A stretch of 64,000 bases of DNA from Nannocystales bacterium (GTDB lineage Bacteria > Myxococcota_A > Polyangia > Nannocystales > Nannocystaceae). A program made the translations under genes and the position numbers. The stretch is taken from positions 160,001-224,000 of the forward strand of contig JBOEGF010000024.1 of NCBI GenBank assembly GCA_050633305.1. Reading direction: 5' to 3'. Position 1 is the stretch's first letter. Every line of letters begins with the position of its first letter. Below the pieces are notes generated by a model. The model was not told the DNA's origin and did no database searches. It worked only from the letters and a program-made list of their open reading frames with translations. This document shows, piece by piece, positions 17,489-27,889 of this stretch.

Positions 17489-20398
17489 ATGTCTGAGACT
17501 CCAAAGTCGTCACCGAGCGCCAACGACATTCGTTGTTGGGATTGTGCAGAAGACCCCACGGCACGACTCGAGGAGATGTTCGTCGAGTTGATTCAGCGAA
17601 CGCGGATCGAACGCGGCCAACGTCCGGCGCGTCGCACCGTGTTTCTGAAGCAGCACGGGGTCGCCTATGGGTTCTTTCGACCTGTCGACGACCTTCCGAA
17701 GGAGCTGGCGATCGGGACGTTCGGGTTGGGGCAGCTGCCGTGTTGGGTCCGGCTTTCCAGTGATACCCAGCCGACGTCCCCCGACTTGCACACCACGCTG
17801 GGGCTGGCGATGAAGCTGTTTGGCGTGCCGGGAAGTCTGATGGATGATGGGGCTCAGACCGCCGACTTCATCTTCCAAAACCACGACGTGTTCTTCGTGG
17901 ACGACGCGGAGGCGTTCTGCGAGTTCACCACCGCTGGTGTTGTCGATGGGGACTATCCGGGCTATCTGCGGCGCCATCCGAAGACGGCGAAGATCCTCGA
18001 CGAGATGCAGAAGGCGGAGTCGAGCTGTTTGACGGCGAGCTACTGGTCGATTCTTCCGTTCGCCTTGGGAACGCACGAGGACGGTACGCCGCGGTATGCC
18101 AAGTACCGGCTTGTGCCGAAAGACCAACAAGCAGGAGAGCCGTTCGACGACAAGGACTACCTCGCGTTGGACCTCGCCCGCCGACTTCGGCAGGGCAGGG
18201 CGGTGTTCCGGTTCGAAGTGCAGCTGCAGACCGACCCTGAAGCCATGCCGCTCGACAAGGCCACGGTGCCCTGGAATAGCCCGTGGATCCACGTCGCGGA
18301 CCTGGTGCTGGCCAAGCAAGACATCAAGGCGCGCGGGCAGGGCGACTACGGTCGCAACTTGGCATTCAACATCTGGCGGACGCCGCCCGAGCAAGAGCCG
18401 CAAGGAAGCATCGCAGCCGCCCGGCGTGTCGTGTACCAGGGCAGCGCCGACCAACGACGGCGAGCCAATGGTGTCACCACGACCGAGCCCAAGGAACCAC
18501 CGCCTACGGCCGAGCCTGCGGAGGGCGACGACTGTATCGTCAAAGCGGCGATCTACCCTCCGATCGGCATCTGCCGTGTCGGGAACAGCCCCGATTCATT
18601 CTACATCGGTCCAGAGGTTCCCGAGCCCTTGCCGAAGCAGCCCGGGGCGTATCGAGACGGCAAAGGACGGCTCTGTCGTGAGGCCGCCCGGTTCCGCGTG
18701 TACGGGCTCAACGCGCTCGGCAAGCCGGTCAAGGAGCTGACCGCCGACGATGCCACCATCGAGTGGCGGGTCGAACTCGCGAACGTCAAGTCGGACTGGT
18801 ACGAGTTTCAGCTGGCTTTGGACATCCCCGAAGCTGCGGACGCGTCTGCGTCCCTGCGACGCAACGGGACCGTCTCCGACCGCGCGTCGTTGCGTATCGA
18901 GCCCGGGCCGCGAACGATCTCCGGCAAGAGCGAGGTCGGCCAACAGTACGCCTTCGACCAAGGGCGCTTCATGGGCACCGAGGTGTACCTCGGTGAGCTT
19001 CGAACCGACGATGCCGGCCGACTGATCGTGCTCGGAGGCCATGGCCTGTCCAAGTCCTACGATGGCAGTCCGGCGATCACGTTCGCCAACAACGACGGCT
19101 GGCACGACGACACTTCCGACGGCCCTGTCACGGCCAAGGTCACGTACAACGGGACCAAGCTCCGTGTCGATCCGGCTTGGGTCGTATGCGCCCCGCCCAA
19201 CTACGGCCCTCAGCAGAAGTCTGTACGGACGATGTGGGACTTGATGCGAGACTTGGCGATCACCGATGGAAGCGTGACCCGGCCTGCCCGTCCTTCGTTC
19301 GAGCACGACATTCGCCCGATCTTCGAGCGCATGTCGAATCTGCAGTGGGTCAACCAGGGGTTCTTTGCGGGCTTTGGGTTCCGCGGCCCGTTTGATTTCT
19401 CGTCCCCAGAGTGGATGGCCCGCCTGGCCGACCCCACGCCGGCCCACCTCGAGATGCGCCGCGTACTGATGAACAACTTCCGCGACTTCGCTGTCGATGC
19501 GTGGTCGCCCGTCCCCTGGCCCTGGCTGTACGGCGACGCCATGGCCATTCCCGCCGCCAAGACCCCGCGCCAACACGCAGCACTCTCGGCCTTCCAGATG
19601 TGGTGCCTCGAGCGTTGGGTGGAGGGAGACTTCGACGCGGACTACGACCCCAATCGCACGCCGCCGCGCACCCCAAGCGAGGCCCCTGTCGCCGAACAGC
19701 CTGACCTTCTCACCCGCGCCGCCATGGAGTTCTGCCTGGCCGACGCGTTTCACCCTGGCTGCGAGATGACCTGGCCCATGCGTCAGAGCGGCATGTACAA
19801 GAGCGCGTTCCGCCTCGCCCATCGCAAACATCCCGAACCCAGCGCGGGCTACGGCTCTCAGCTCGGGGACAGCTGGTCACTGCCCGACGGCCCGGTCAAC
19901 GGTGGCCAAAGCCCGGGCTCTGTCACGCGCTGGATGGCCGTGCCTTGGCAGACCGACACCGCTTCGTGCCGATCCGGCTACGACACCACCTACGACCCCT
20001 ACGTGCCCACCTTCTGGCCCGCCCGCGTGCCCAACGAAGTGTTGAGCAAAGAAGCCTACGCCATCGTCATGAACGAGCAGGCGCCTCGTAGCGAGCGGCT
20101 CGAGGCGTTCGCCAACCGGGCCAACTGGCTCGCGCCCCTGGGTCTGGCCAAGAGCTACACCCACCAGATCAACCACATGATTCACCACTTCGATGAAATG
20201 GGCGTCGTCGAAGTTCGGCCCGGGCCCACCGACGGCGTCGAGGTCCCCGCGACCCTGCAGGTCTCCGACCAAGCCCAGCCGCAGAAGTGGAAGCTCGACA
20301 ATGTCGAATCCTCCGGTGAGGGCCCCGCATCCGACCTGAGCACGATCGAGAAGGTCCGTCGCTTCCCCAGTGGGTTCAGCCGCAGCCGCGACACATGA
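17489..20398 (+). CDS. Catalase-like domain fused to a LodA/GoxA-family CTQ-dependent amino-acid oxidase
   Basis: N-terminal RTVFLKQHG...VRLS...ARRVVYQGS (catalase-like); then IYPPIGICRVGNS, GRLIVLGGHG, NNDGWHDDTSDGPV, FHPGCE, PWQTDTASC, FWPARVP. Confidence 0.88.
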   Translation: MSETPKSSPSANDIRCWDCAEDPTARLEEMFVELIQRTRIERGQRPARRTVFLKQHGVAYGFFRPVDDLPKELAIGTFGLGQLPCWVRLSSDTQPTSPDLHTTLGLAMKLFGVPGSLMDDGAQTADFIFQNHDVFFVDDAEAFCEFTTAGVVDGDYPGYLRRHPKTAKILDEMQKAESSCLTASYWSILPFALGTHEDGTPRYAKYRLVPKDQQAGEPFDDKDYLALDLARRLRQGRAVFRFEVQLQTDPEAMPLDKATVPWNSPWIHVADLVLAKQDIKARGQGDYGRNLAFNIWRTPPEQEPQGSIAAARRVVYQGSADQRRRANGVTTTEPKEPPPTAEPAEGDDCIVKAAIYPPIGICRVGNSPDSFYIGPEVPEPLPKQPGAYRDGKGRLCREAARFRVYGLNALGKPVKELTADDATIEWRVELANVKSDWYEFQLALDIPEAADASASLRRNGTVSDRASLRIEPGPRTISGKSEVGQQYAFDQGRFMGTEVYLGELRTDDAGRLIVLGGHGLSKSYDGSPAITFANNDGWHDDTSDGPVTAKVTYNGTKLRVDPAWVVCAPPNYGPQQKSVRTMWDLMRDLAITDGSVTRPARPSFEHDIRPIFERMSNLQWVNQGFFAGFGFRGPFDFSSPEWMARLADPTPAHLEMRRVLMNNFRDFAVDAWSPVPWPWLYGDAMAIPAAKTPRQHAALSAFQMWCLERWVEGDFDADYDPNRTPPRTPSEAPVAEQPDLLTRAAMEFCLADAFHPGCEMTWPMRQSGMYKSAFRLAHRKHPEPSAGYGSQLGDSWSLPDGPVNGGQSPGSVTRWMAVPWQTDTASCRSGYDTTYDPYVPTFWPARVPNEVLSKEAYAIVMNEQAPRSERLEAFANRANWLAPLGLAKSYTHQINHMIHHFDEMGVVEVRPGPTDGVEVPATLQVSDQAQPQKWKLDNVESSGEGPASDLSTIEKVRRFPSGFSRSRDT

Positions 20399-21477
20399 GC
20401 ATCTTCGACGTCGCCATCGTTGGCGCGGGCCCAGCCGGGTCCGTCGCGGCGATGGTGCTTGCACGCGCCGGACGACGCACGCTCTTGCTGGACGCCCCCC
20501 TGCATCATCCGCTGCGCCGCAAGGTCGGCGAGTCCCTCCCTGGTGCCGCGCGTCCGCTGTTGCGCGACCTGGGTCTGCTCGACCGGGTCGAGCAAGGCGG
20601 TCACCTCCCGAGCTACGGCACCGTGTCCGCATGGGGTACATCCGAGCCGCAAACCCGCGATGCGCTGCGTGACCCCAACGGACCCGGTTGGCACCTGGAC
20701 CGGACGCGCTTTGACGCCAGCCTACGCTCGGCCGCCGAGGACGCCGACGTCGCCACCGGGGCGATGCACGTCGCGGGCATCGAGCGGACCTCCGAGGGCT
20801 GGCGACTGTGCCCGCGGGGGCGCTCCACACAGGAGGCGTTTCCTCTCGCGCGTTGGGTCATCGATGCCACCGGACGCCGCGCCACGCTTGCGCGGTCCGT
20901 GGGACTCGCCCGGCATCGTGACGACAGGCTCGTTGCGTTGTGCACCTGGACCGTCGAGAGCCTGGGGGATGACGAACGGACGCTGGTCGAAGCCGTGCCC
21001 GAAGGGTGGTGGTACACCGCCAAAGTTCCCGACGGCGGGCGGGTTGTCGTGCTGCACGTCGATGCTGACTGTGCGTCCGAGATCCTTGGTCGTGAAGGGG
21101 CGTGGCATGAGCGCCTCGCCGCGACTGAGCACGTGCGGGGGATGGTCGGCGAGAAGCCGCTCATCGCCGAGGGACCCGTCGCTACCGAGGCGTGCGGGGG
21201 ATGTCTCGACGCCGCGGTGTGGGAAAACGGTCTCGCCGTCGGGGATGCGGCGTTGTCCTTCGACCCTCTGTCGTCGCAGGGAATGCTCAACGCGCTGTAC
21301 ACCGGTCTGCGGGGGGCCCAGGCAGTTGACGGTGCCTTGAGCGGCGACGCGCACCGGGTGGTGGGGTACGCCGAGAGGCTCGAGGCCGTGCGCGCAGCGT
21401 ACTTGGAGCACCACAGAGGCTATTACTTTGCGGAGGGGCGCTGGCCGGATGCCGTGTTCTGGCAGCGCCGGCGGTAA
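20395..21477 (+). CDS. LodB/GoxB-like FAD-dependent flavoprotein (CTQ maturation)
   Basis: GAGPAG, KVGESL, DATGR, GWWY, GDAA..DPLSSQG; ATGA overlap with the LodA-like gene. Confidence 0.85.
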   Translation: MSIFDVAIVGAGPAGSVAAMVLARAGRRTLLLDAPLHHPLRRKVGESLPGAARPLLRDLGLLDRVEQGGHLPSYGTVSAWGTSEPQTRDALRDPNGPGWHLDRTRFDASLRSAAEDADVATGAMHVAGIERTSEGWRLCPRGRSTQEAFPLARWVIDATGRRATLARSVGLARHRDDRLVALCTWTVESLGDDERTLVEAVPEGWWYTAKVPDGGRVVVLHVDADCASEILGREGAWHERLAATEHVRGMVGEKPLIAEGPVATEACGGCLDAAVWENGLAVGDAALSFDPLSSQGMLNALYTGLRGAQAVDGALSGDAHRVVGYAERLEAVRAAYLEHHRGYYFAEGRWPDAVFWQRRR

Positions 21478-21535
21478 CAGGTTCGTCAGGCAAGTCGTGT
21501 GGCGTACGACCCAGCCGCCGCCTATCAGGTCAGGC

Positions 21536-22144
21536 TCACGTGCAAGGCTCTGCCTCAAACGTGACGTCCGCGAGCTCCGGGTAGTCAGGGGATTCGTCGG
21601 AGGTGAGGCCCAGCATGCGGAAGGTGATGGTCTCTCCGGCGATGCCCAGGACTTCGACCTGGCCGCCGGTCAGGGGGTAGTCGGATGTACTTCCTCCGCC
21701 GCCATCTTGGCCGCTGCAGTCCTGGTACCAGCTTTCAACGACGTGAATGTCAACAGACGCGTCGCTCACATCGTACACCCCCACCTCGACAGGGGCAGGA
21801 AGAGTCACTCGAACTGCGGACCCGTAGCCGCATCGTTCATAGCTTTGGTCGCACTGGACTGCGCCCGATGACGCGAAGATTACGAACCCCTCTTCGGCGA
21901 GGACAACGGCCGAAGGCGTGGTCTCGTTGTTGTCGCTGCCCTCGCTGCCGCTGCTGCCTTCGCTGTCGCCATGACCCTCACTGCCATCGGTCTCATCGTT
22001 GTCGGTCTCGTCGAGCGAGGATGAGCCTGTAGAGGCGTCTGTGGTGGTGGCGTCGCCCCCTTCGTCTGGCCCAGAGCCCGGGTTGCAGGCGTTGAGTGAG
22101 ACAAGCGCAAGGAACATCGAGAAGGAGCGGAGCGGAGGGGACAT
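21536..22144 (-). CDS. Lipoprotein
   Basis: LNAC lipobox and acidic Ser/Gly linker. Confidence 0.6.
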   Translation of the reverse strand: MSPPLRSFSMFLALVSLNACNPGSGPDEGGDATTTDASTGSSSLDETDNDETDGSEGHGDSEGSSGSEGSDNNETTPSAVVLAEEGFVIFASSGAVQCDQSYERCGYGSAVRVTLPAPVEVGVYDVSDASVDIHVVESWYQDCSGQDGGGGSTSDYPLTGGQVEVLGIAGETITFRMLGLTSDESPDYPELADVTFEAEPCT

Positions 22145-22433
22145 GGCGAGCGTTGGTGCAAGGGGTGTTCCAAGGCGCAGTCGGAACGTTGTGCTCGAGA
22201 AGGGCGCTTCCAGTCCGGGGCGGGACGACGACCCCCCGACATTTCTGTCGCCGGATCGGACAGTGTGGCCATAAGGAAAACTACGTACGCGTCGACTCTC
22301 GTCGACACAGCCCACGGCCGGACCGCCGGATTGGAGGGCAGCATGCGTCGAGACTCGAACGTGTGCGGCGTTCAAGGAACGGGCGCCCGCGTTGGGGCAG
22401 CTTTTCGAAGACCGGGCGCGCCGGTGCTGGCGT

Positions 22434-23339
22434 TTACTCGCGCGGTGGGTGGTGCTCACGCCAATGCTCGGCAATGTCGATGCGGCGGCAGACCCACACG
22501 TCCTGATGCTGTTGCACGTAGTCCAAGAAGCGCGCCAGCGCCCGCGCGCGACCGGGACGACCGGCAAGTCGGCAGTGCAGTCCGACCGACATCATCCTTG
22601 GGCCCTCGGCTCCCTCGGCGTAGAGCTGGTCGAAGGTGTCCCGCAGATACGACTCGAAGTCTGACGGTGTGCCGAACCCTGCAGGGCTCGAAAAACGCAT
22701 GTCATTGACGTCGAGCGTGTAGGGCACGACCAGGTGCGGGCGCTCATGCGCGAGGTCCCAGTACGGTAGATCGTCGGCGTAGGAGTCGGCGTCGTACAAG
22801 AAACCGCCCTCCTCGATGCACAACCGGCGCGTCTGAGGGCTTGTGCGACCTTGGTAGAACCCTCGCGGACGTGAACCGGCGATGCGGGTGTGGACCTCGA
22901 CCGCTTTGCGAATGTGCTCGCGCTCGGTCGCTTCGTCGACGAACTGGTAGTCGATCCAGCGCCAACCATGGCTGGCGATCTCGTGCCCCGCCTCGACCAT
23001 CGCCGCAATCGGATCCGGGTTGCGCTGCATCGCCATACCCACGGCGAAGCAGGTCAGCGGCAAACCCCGACGGTCAAACTCGCGTAGCAACCGCCATACG
23101 CCCGCCCGCGAGCCATACTCGTACAGCGACTCCATGCTCGGATGGCGCACGCCCTGGTAGGCGTCGGCGCCAACGATTTCGGACAGGAAGGTCTCGGACG
23201 CCGGGTCCCCGTGAAGGACACAGTTCTCCGCGCCTTCCTCGAAGTTGAGCACGAACTGGACGGCCAGCCGAGCGTGTCCCGGCCAGTCTACCGCCGGGGG
23301 CCGACGTCCGTAGCCGGGGAGATCGCGGGGATAGGTCAT
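22434..23339 (-). CDS. puuE: Allantoinase PuuE (polysaccharide deacetylase fold)
   Basis: YPRDLPGYG, QFVLNFEEG, ESLYEYGSRAG, HGWRW, MMSVGLHCR. Confidence 0.9.
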   Translation of the reverse strand: MTYPRDLPGYGRRPPAVDWPGHARLAVQFVLNFEEGAENCVLHGDPASETFLSEIVGADAYQGVRHPSMESLYEYGSRAGVWRLLREFDRRGLPLTCFAVGMAMQRNPDPIAAMVEAGHEIASHGWRWIDYQFVDEATEREHIRKAVEVHTRIAGSRPRGFYQGRTSPQTRRLCIEEGGFLYDADSYADDLPYWDLAHERPHLVVPYTLDVNDMRFSSPAGFGTPSDFESYLRDTFDQLYAEGAEGPRMMSVGLHCRLAGRPGRARALARFLDYVQQHQDVWVCRRIDIAEHWREHHPPRE

Positions 23340-23349
23340 CGTGACAGGG

Positions 23350-23800
23350 CCTTCCGTTCGTGCAACCACGCGCTCACCGGGGGTGTGTAGCACACGCATG
23401 AGCTTGGCCCGGAGGCAGAATCCGGACAGGAAGCACGACACGCCCTCCTGTCGTTCTCGCTACCGCAAGGGGTCCAGCTGCAGCGCCCGCATTTGCTCGA
23501 TGCTCAGGAGGGGTTCGTCCGACTCTTGATAGCGGACCACGAGGTCCTCGACGGCCAGACCCATCACGCGTGCCATGACACGTCCGCGTCCCCGAGGACG
23601 GCGGCGACGTTCGCGAGGTCGGCTTCGGACCGGAGGGCGAGTGCGCGCGGCTTGAGCCACGACGCGACGGGGGAGGCCGAAGCCGAGGAAAGGCTCGTGC
23701 GGACAGGCTCCGTTGGTGGCTTGGGCGGCGGGCTCGCGCACCCTGCCGACAACGTGCTGATTGCCAATGCGGTGCGGACGCCGGACGGGACCATGTGCAT
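23350..23800 (-). pseudogene. Probable fragmented lipoprotein gene
   Basis: SAGC lipobox followed by protein-like segments broken by stops or frameshifts; limits approximate. Confidence 0.3.
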
Positions 23801-23857
23801 CGGGCGGAGCATATTCCGCGAGTCGTCGAAGCGCGTCGAAGGAGGCACGCCCGGAGT

Positions 23858-24415
23858 CTATTCCCTCTCGCGCTCCAGGCGGGTTCGCCACCACCGCTTC
23901 TCAATCGGCCGTACGTTCTCCAGGGGTCCTAGCGTATGCAGGTACGTGAGCACATGCGGAAGCTCGGCGTCTGCAAGGTCTCCGACGTAGGGCCGAATCG
24001 GAACCAAGTTGGAGTAGCTCCGCGTCAACTTTTCCGGGGAATCATCGACGTACAAGATGTGCTCCTTGCGAAAACCGGCCCGCCGTAGCTTGCGGATCGG
24101 CTTGAGCATTACGTGTTCGTCGCTGTCCCTGACGTACTGGTACGTGCACCGCTCGCGGCCCCACACGAAGGAGAGTCGCCTGCGGTCGACGATCTGCTCG
24201 AGCACGGGGATCGCGTAGGGCAACGTCGAGGCGGTCCAGATGCCAACGTGTTCGAAGGCTGTGAACACGCCGGCGAGAAAGGTGTCGAGGTGTGGGCGAC
24301 GGTACAGCGCGTACGGCCCGACGCAGAAGTCCGGCTCTCGTCCCAACGGACGCTCACACGCGTGGACGAGCGTCTCGTCCAGGTCGAGCACCAGCAGCTT
24401 GTCGTAGCGGGTCAT
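23858..24415 (-). CDS. HAD-superfamily NIF/FCP1-like phosphatase
   Basis: LVLDLDETLVH, RPHL, IWTAS, VDDSPEK. Confidence 0.88.
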   Translation of the reverse strand: MTRYDKLLVLDLDETLVHACERPLGREPDFCVGPYALYRRPHLDTFLAGVFTAFEHVGIWTASTLPYAIPVLEQIVDRRRLSFVWGRERCTYQYVRDSDEHVMLKPIRKLRRAGFRKEHILYVDDSPEKLTRSYSNLVPIRPYVGDLADAELPHVLTYLHTLGPLENVRPIEKRWWRTRLERERE

Positions 24416-24518
24416 TCCAGGGGCGACGCCTCGATGTGGTTCACCGAGATGCTGGGGTGGGTCAGCAGCAGCAGGACGTTGATGCTTCGCGTCCACGAAA
24501 CGATTGTGCCACACACGA

Positions 24519-26186
24519 CTACAGAAAACGGTCGAGAACCCCGAGCAGCTCCGCGCGAGAGAAGGGCTTCTCCAACACTGGCGCGTCGATGCTGTCGGCG
24601 AAGGCCTTGGCTTCCGAGGTGACGGTCGCGCCGGTCATGAACACGAAGCGCTTACGGACGCTGTCGTCCACCGCTTGTAGCGCCTCGAACACGTCCATGC
24701 CGGTCATCTCCGGCATGATCAAGTCGCACAAAATCAGGTCGAAATGAGAGGTCTTGGCGACGTCGACCGCCAACGACCCGCGGTTCGCGGTGTGGACTTC
24801 GTGGCCTCGCAGCGAGCGTGCGAGCGCAGAGGTCAGCATCTCTTCGTCGTCGATGATGAGAATGCGGAGGTGTTGGTCCGCGGTCGGCGTGGGGTCGTGG
24901 ATCGGGACCGACGGCGCGCCGACCTCTTCGGTGTGTGGAGCGACCGGCAGCGTGATCGTGGCCCGCGTGCCCCCGTCGGTCATCGGTTCGAGATGGATCC
25001 GGCCCTGCATCGACTCGACGATGCTTCTGCACACGTACAGCCCCAGACCCGTGCCTTCGCCGACGTCCTTGGTGGTGACAAACGGCTCGAACAACCGGTC
25101 GACGTGTCGCGGGTCGATGCCCGGACCGGTGTCACAGATCTCGAGCCGCACACCGTGAGAGGCTTTTCGCGTGCGGACGGTGATCGTGTTCGCGGCCGGC
25201 TGTCCAGGCTCGATCGCTTGAATCGCGTTGACCAGGATGTTGAGAAAGACCTGCCCGAGCTGGGCCTCGTCTGCGTGAACCCTCGGGACCCTGCCGTAGT
25301 CGCGGACGATCTGGGCGCGGTCCCGGGCCTCTCCCTCGCAGATGCGAATCGCCGCATCGAGTGGACGGTGGATATCCACGGGGGTTCTTCGGGCAGCCTT
25401 GCCCGGGTGGGAGATTCCACGAAGGTCCCGGACGATCGTGGCGACCCGCCGAACGCCCTCGCGTGCCTGCGAGATGCTGGTCTGCAACTCCGGGTTGGTG
25501 GGAGTCCCGCGGAGCTGGTCTTCCACGAGTTCGAGGTTGCTCAGCACGAATGACAACGGGTTGTTGATCTCGTGCGCGACGGTCGCGGCAAGGGTGCCCA
25601 GAGCAGAGAGGCGATCCGCGCGTAGGAGCTGGGTGTGCAGCCGCGCGGCATCGTGCTGCGCCTGGCGAACGCGCTGAGCGTGGCTGCGTACGTAGAGCAC
25701 GAGCGTTGTGAGGGCGAAGACCACCGACACGCCGACGAGCATGTACAGCGCGGTCCAGTAACGACCCAGCTCGACGGAGCGTGCTGCGGTCTGCCGCCGA
25801 AGCGCGGGGACCAGGGCCGCGAAGGCGGAGGGGGTCTCGCCGGCCAGAAGTGCGTCGCGGTTCAGCGTCCGCACCGCGGTTGCGCTGGCTTCGGCGGCTT
25901 CGGCGAGCGCGGGGTCGTCACGGCCGGCGGCGATGAGCGCGGGCAGCTCCGTGTCGAGGGCTGCAATGGCAGCGTCGAGGGCTCTCTCGTCCCCGGAGCG
26001 CGCGGCCTGTTCGACCCCGCCAACGACCTGCATCCAGTGGACGCGCTCGCCGACCTCTGCCCGCAAGATCGAGACGTCTCGGATGACGACGACACACCAC
26101 GCAGAGAACGCGACAAGGCACAGACTCGCGACGACGACGCTGCTGACGAACGCGGCGCGTCCCTGCGGCTTTCGACCCCCGAGCAC
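24519..26186 (-). CDS. Hybrid sensor histidine kinase with receiver domain
   Basis: Two TM segments, AHEINNPL, N/G1/F/G2 boxes, C-terminal IIDDE...CDLIMP...KPF. Confidence 0.92.
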   Translation of the reverse strand: MLGGRKPQGRAAFVSSVVVASLCLVAFSAWCVVVIRDVSILRAEVGERVHWMQVVGGVEQAARSGDERALDAAIAALDTELPALIAAGRDDPALAEAAEASATAVRTLNRDALLAGETPSAFAALVPALRRQTAARSVELGRYWTALYMLVGVSVVFALTTLVLYVRSHAQRVRQAQHDAARLHTQLLRADRLSALGTLAATVAHEINNPLSFVLSNLELVEDQLRGTPTNPELQTSISQAREGVRRVATIVRDLRGISHPGKAARRTPVDIHRPLDAAIRICEGEARDRAQIVRDYGRVPRVHADEAQLGQVFLNILVNAIQAIEPGQPAANTITVRTRKASHGVRLEICDTGPGIDPRHVDRLFEPFVTTKDVGEGTGLGLYVCRSIVESMQGRIHLEPMTDGGTRATITLPVAPHTEEVGAPSVPIHDPTPTADQHLRILIIDDEEMLTSALARSLRGHEVHTANRGSLAVDVAKTSHFDLILCDLIMPEMTGMDVFEALQAVDDSVRKRFVFMTGATVTSEAKAFADSIDAPVLEKPFSRAELLGVLDRFL

Positions 26187-26273
26187 CGTCCCGCCATTGT
26201 CCAGTACGGCCCGTAGGCCGGACGGTCCGCTTTGGGCCAGCTTGGCGGGGGGACCCGGACGGGGGGCCGTACC

Positions 26274-27788
26274 TCAGGCCATCAGCCAGGGAAGAACGTC
26301 TCCGCGGACCGTCCGAAGTGCGCTCGGGTAGAGTTCGTCGCGCGTGATGAAGAGTTCAGGGTATCCACCGCCGGGCTGGTGCTCGTACTCGTCGGGCGGA
26401 ACACCCAAGAGCTGGAGCACGGACGCGTAGTACTGCTGCTGCAAAAGGCCGGTGTTCATCGGCAGGGTGTCCTGTTCGACCCACTGATTGAGGTTGCGGT
26501 AGTCGAGAAGCTGGCCAGTGCGCATGCAACCCCCTGCCGACCCCGCGGTGACGATGGTGCTGTCGATCGACTCATGCGTGAATGGGCCCGACTCCTGGGT
26601 CCACTGAACGAGTGAGTTGTCCAGAAGCGTCGTGCCATCGGCTTCCTGAACCGCATCGAGTTTGGCGATCAGATCGAGCATCACGCCTTCGAATGTTGCT
26701 TGATGCCCTTGGGCGTTGATCAGTTGCGCCTCCTGAGAAAAGTAGGCCCGGTGGGCGACGTCGAAGTGCCAATCTCCCGGCGCTGAGGAGAAGGGCGCGA
26801 GCACCCCTCCCACCGCGATGCGCGAGGTCCCGCAAAGGAACGCGGTGACGATGACGTCGTTGAAGAGGCGCCAATACTCTGTGTTGAGCTCGGGATCGTG
26901 GAAGTAGCCAGGCTCGTCGCGGACCGCCTGGGAGTCTGCGGGCACGGGTTGCTCACCGCATGACACCGAGACTTGTAGCCGTCGCTGCAGCTCGTCGAGG
27001 CGCTCGAGATGCTCGTCGAGGCGTTGGCGATCTCGAACGGAGAGCCGACGATTGCTCTGCCGCAGGGACTGATAGGACTCGAGCACACGGTCGACCACGG
27101 GCGGTCGTTCACCTTGGGGGTCCGGTTCGTCATTCGGCACGAAGATCCGGTTGAACAGCGCCAGTGAACTCGTTTCTCCCGTCAGGCGGACGAGGTCGGT
27201 TTGGGTTTCCTGGCTGCTCCAGCCGTACGACAGGCTTTCGCCGATCACCATCGTGCGTTGCAGGTTCGTGCTGAGATCTTCGTAGAACGTAGGCGAGTTT
27301 GCGAGGACTTGGTCCAAGGTCGGGCTGGTGTAGTTCTGCGCGAGTTCTGCGTCGGGACTGTCCACGACCAATCCGGCCCAGTTCCCGAGGTGACCTCCGT
27401 TGTGATGGCCGATGTAGAACGGAACGTCCAACCCGCGGATGATGTTCATCTTGTCGGCGAGCGCAGGCGTCAGTCGGTCCGCGGGCCCTGCGAGGACCGA
27501 GGATAGCTCTGCACGCCCGTCTGCTTCCTGGACGACGAGGTCCGAGCGCCTGATCTCGTGACCGCCGTAGGCCAAGGTCTCGGCGTTCATCTGCGAGGCG
27601 GGATGCATGAACTCGCTCCACACGCCGCCGTGCACCGTGCCCAGCGCGACGAACCGCGGAGGGATGACGGACGCCTTGGCGTCGGCGCCCCGTGGAAGTA
27701 ACGAGGGGAGGACCGGAAGAGCGAGAGCGAAGCCTGCAGAACCTCTCAGGAACTGGCGGCGCAGGGACGTGCGGCGTGGGCTCATCAT
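26274..27788 (-). CDS. DUF1552-family protein (Tat-like leader)
   Basis: RRQFLRG...LALPVLPSL, RLDEHL, DGTTLLDNSLV. Confidence 0.8.
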   Translation of the reverse strand: MMSPRRTSLRRQFLRGSAGFALALPVLPSLLPRGADAKASVIPPRFVALGTVHGGVWSEFMHPASQMNAETLAYGGHEIRRSDLVVQEADGRAELSSVLAGPADRLTPALADKMNIIRGLDVPFYIGHHNGGHLGNWAGLVVDSPDAELAQNYTSPTLDQVLANSPTFYEDLSTNLQRTMVIGESLSYGWSSQETQTDLVRLTGETSSLALFNRIFVPNDEPDPQGERPPVVDRVLESYQSLRQSNRRLSVRDRQRLDEHLERLDELQRRLQVSVSCGEQPVPADSQAVRDEPGYFHDPELNTEYWRLFNDVIVTAFLCGTSRIAVGGVLAPFSSAPGDWHFDVAHRAYFSQEAQLINAQGHQATFEGVMLDLIAKLDAVQEADGTTLLDNSLVQWTQESGPFTHESIDSTIVTAGSAGGCMRTGQLLDYRNLNQWVEQDTLPMNTGLLQQQYYASVLQLLGVPPDEYEHQPGGGYPELFITRDELYPSALRTVRGDVLPWLMA

Positions 27789-27889
27789 GGGTGCCCAAGG
27801 TCGAGACGCGCACCGGCGTAACCGGGTGCTTTTTTCTGACCCGTCTTGGGGCTGTACGCTTCCGGTCGCTTCCGGGCGCTTCTGGCCGC

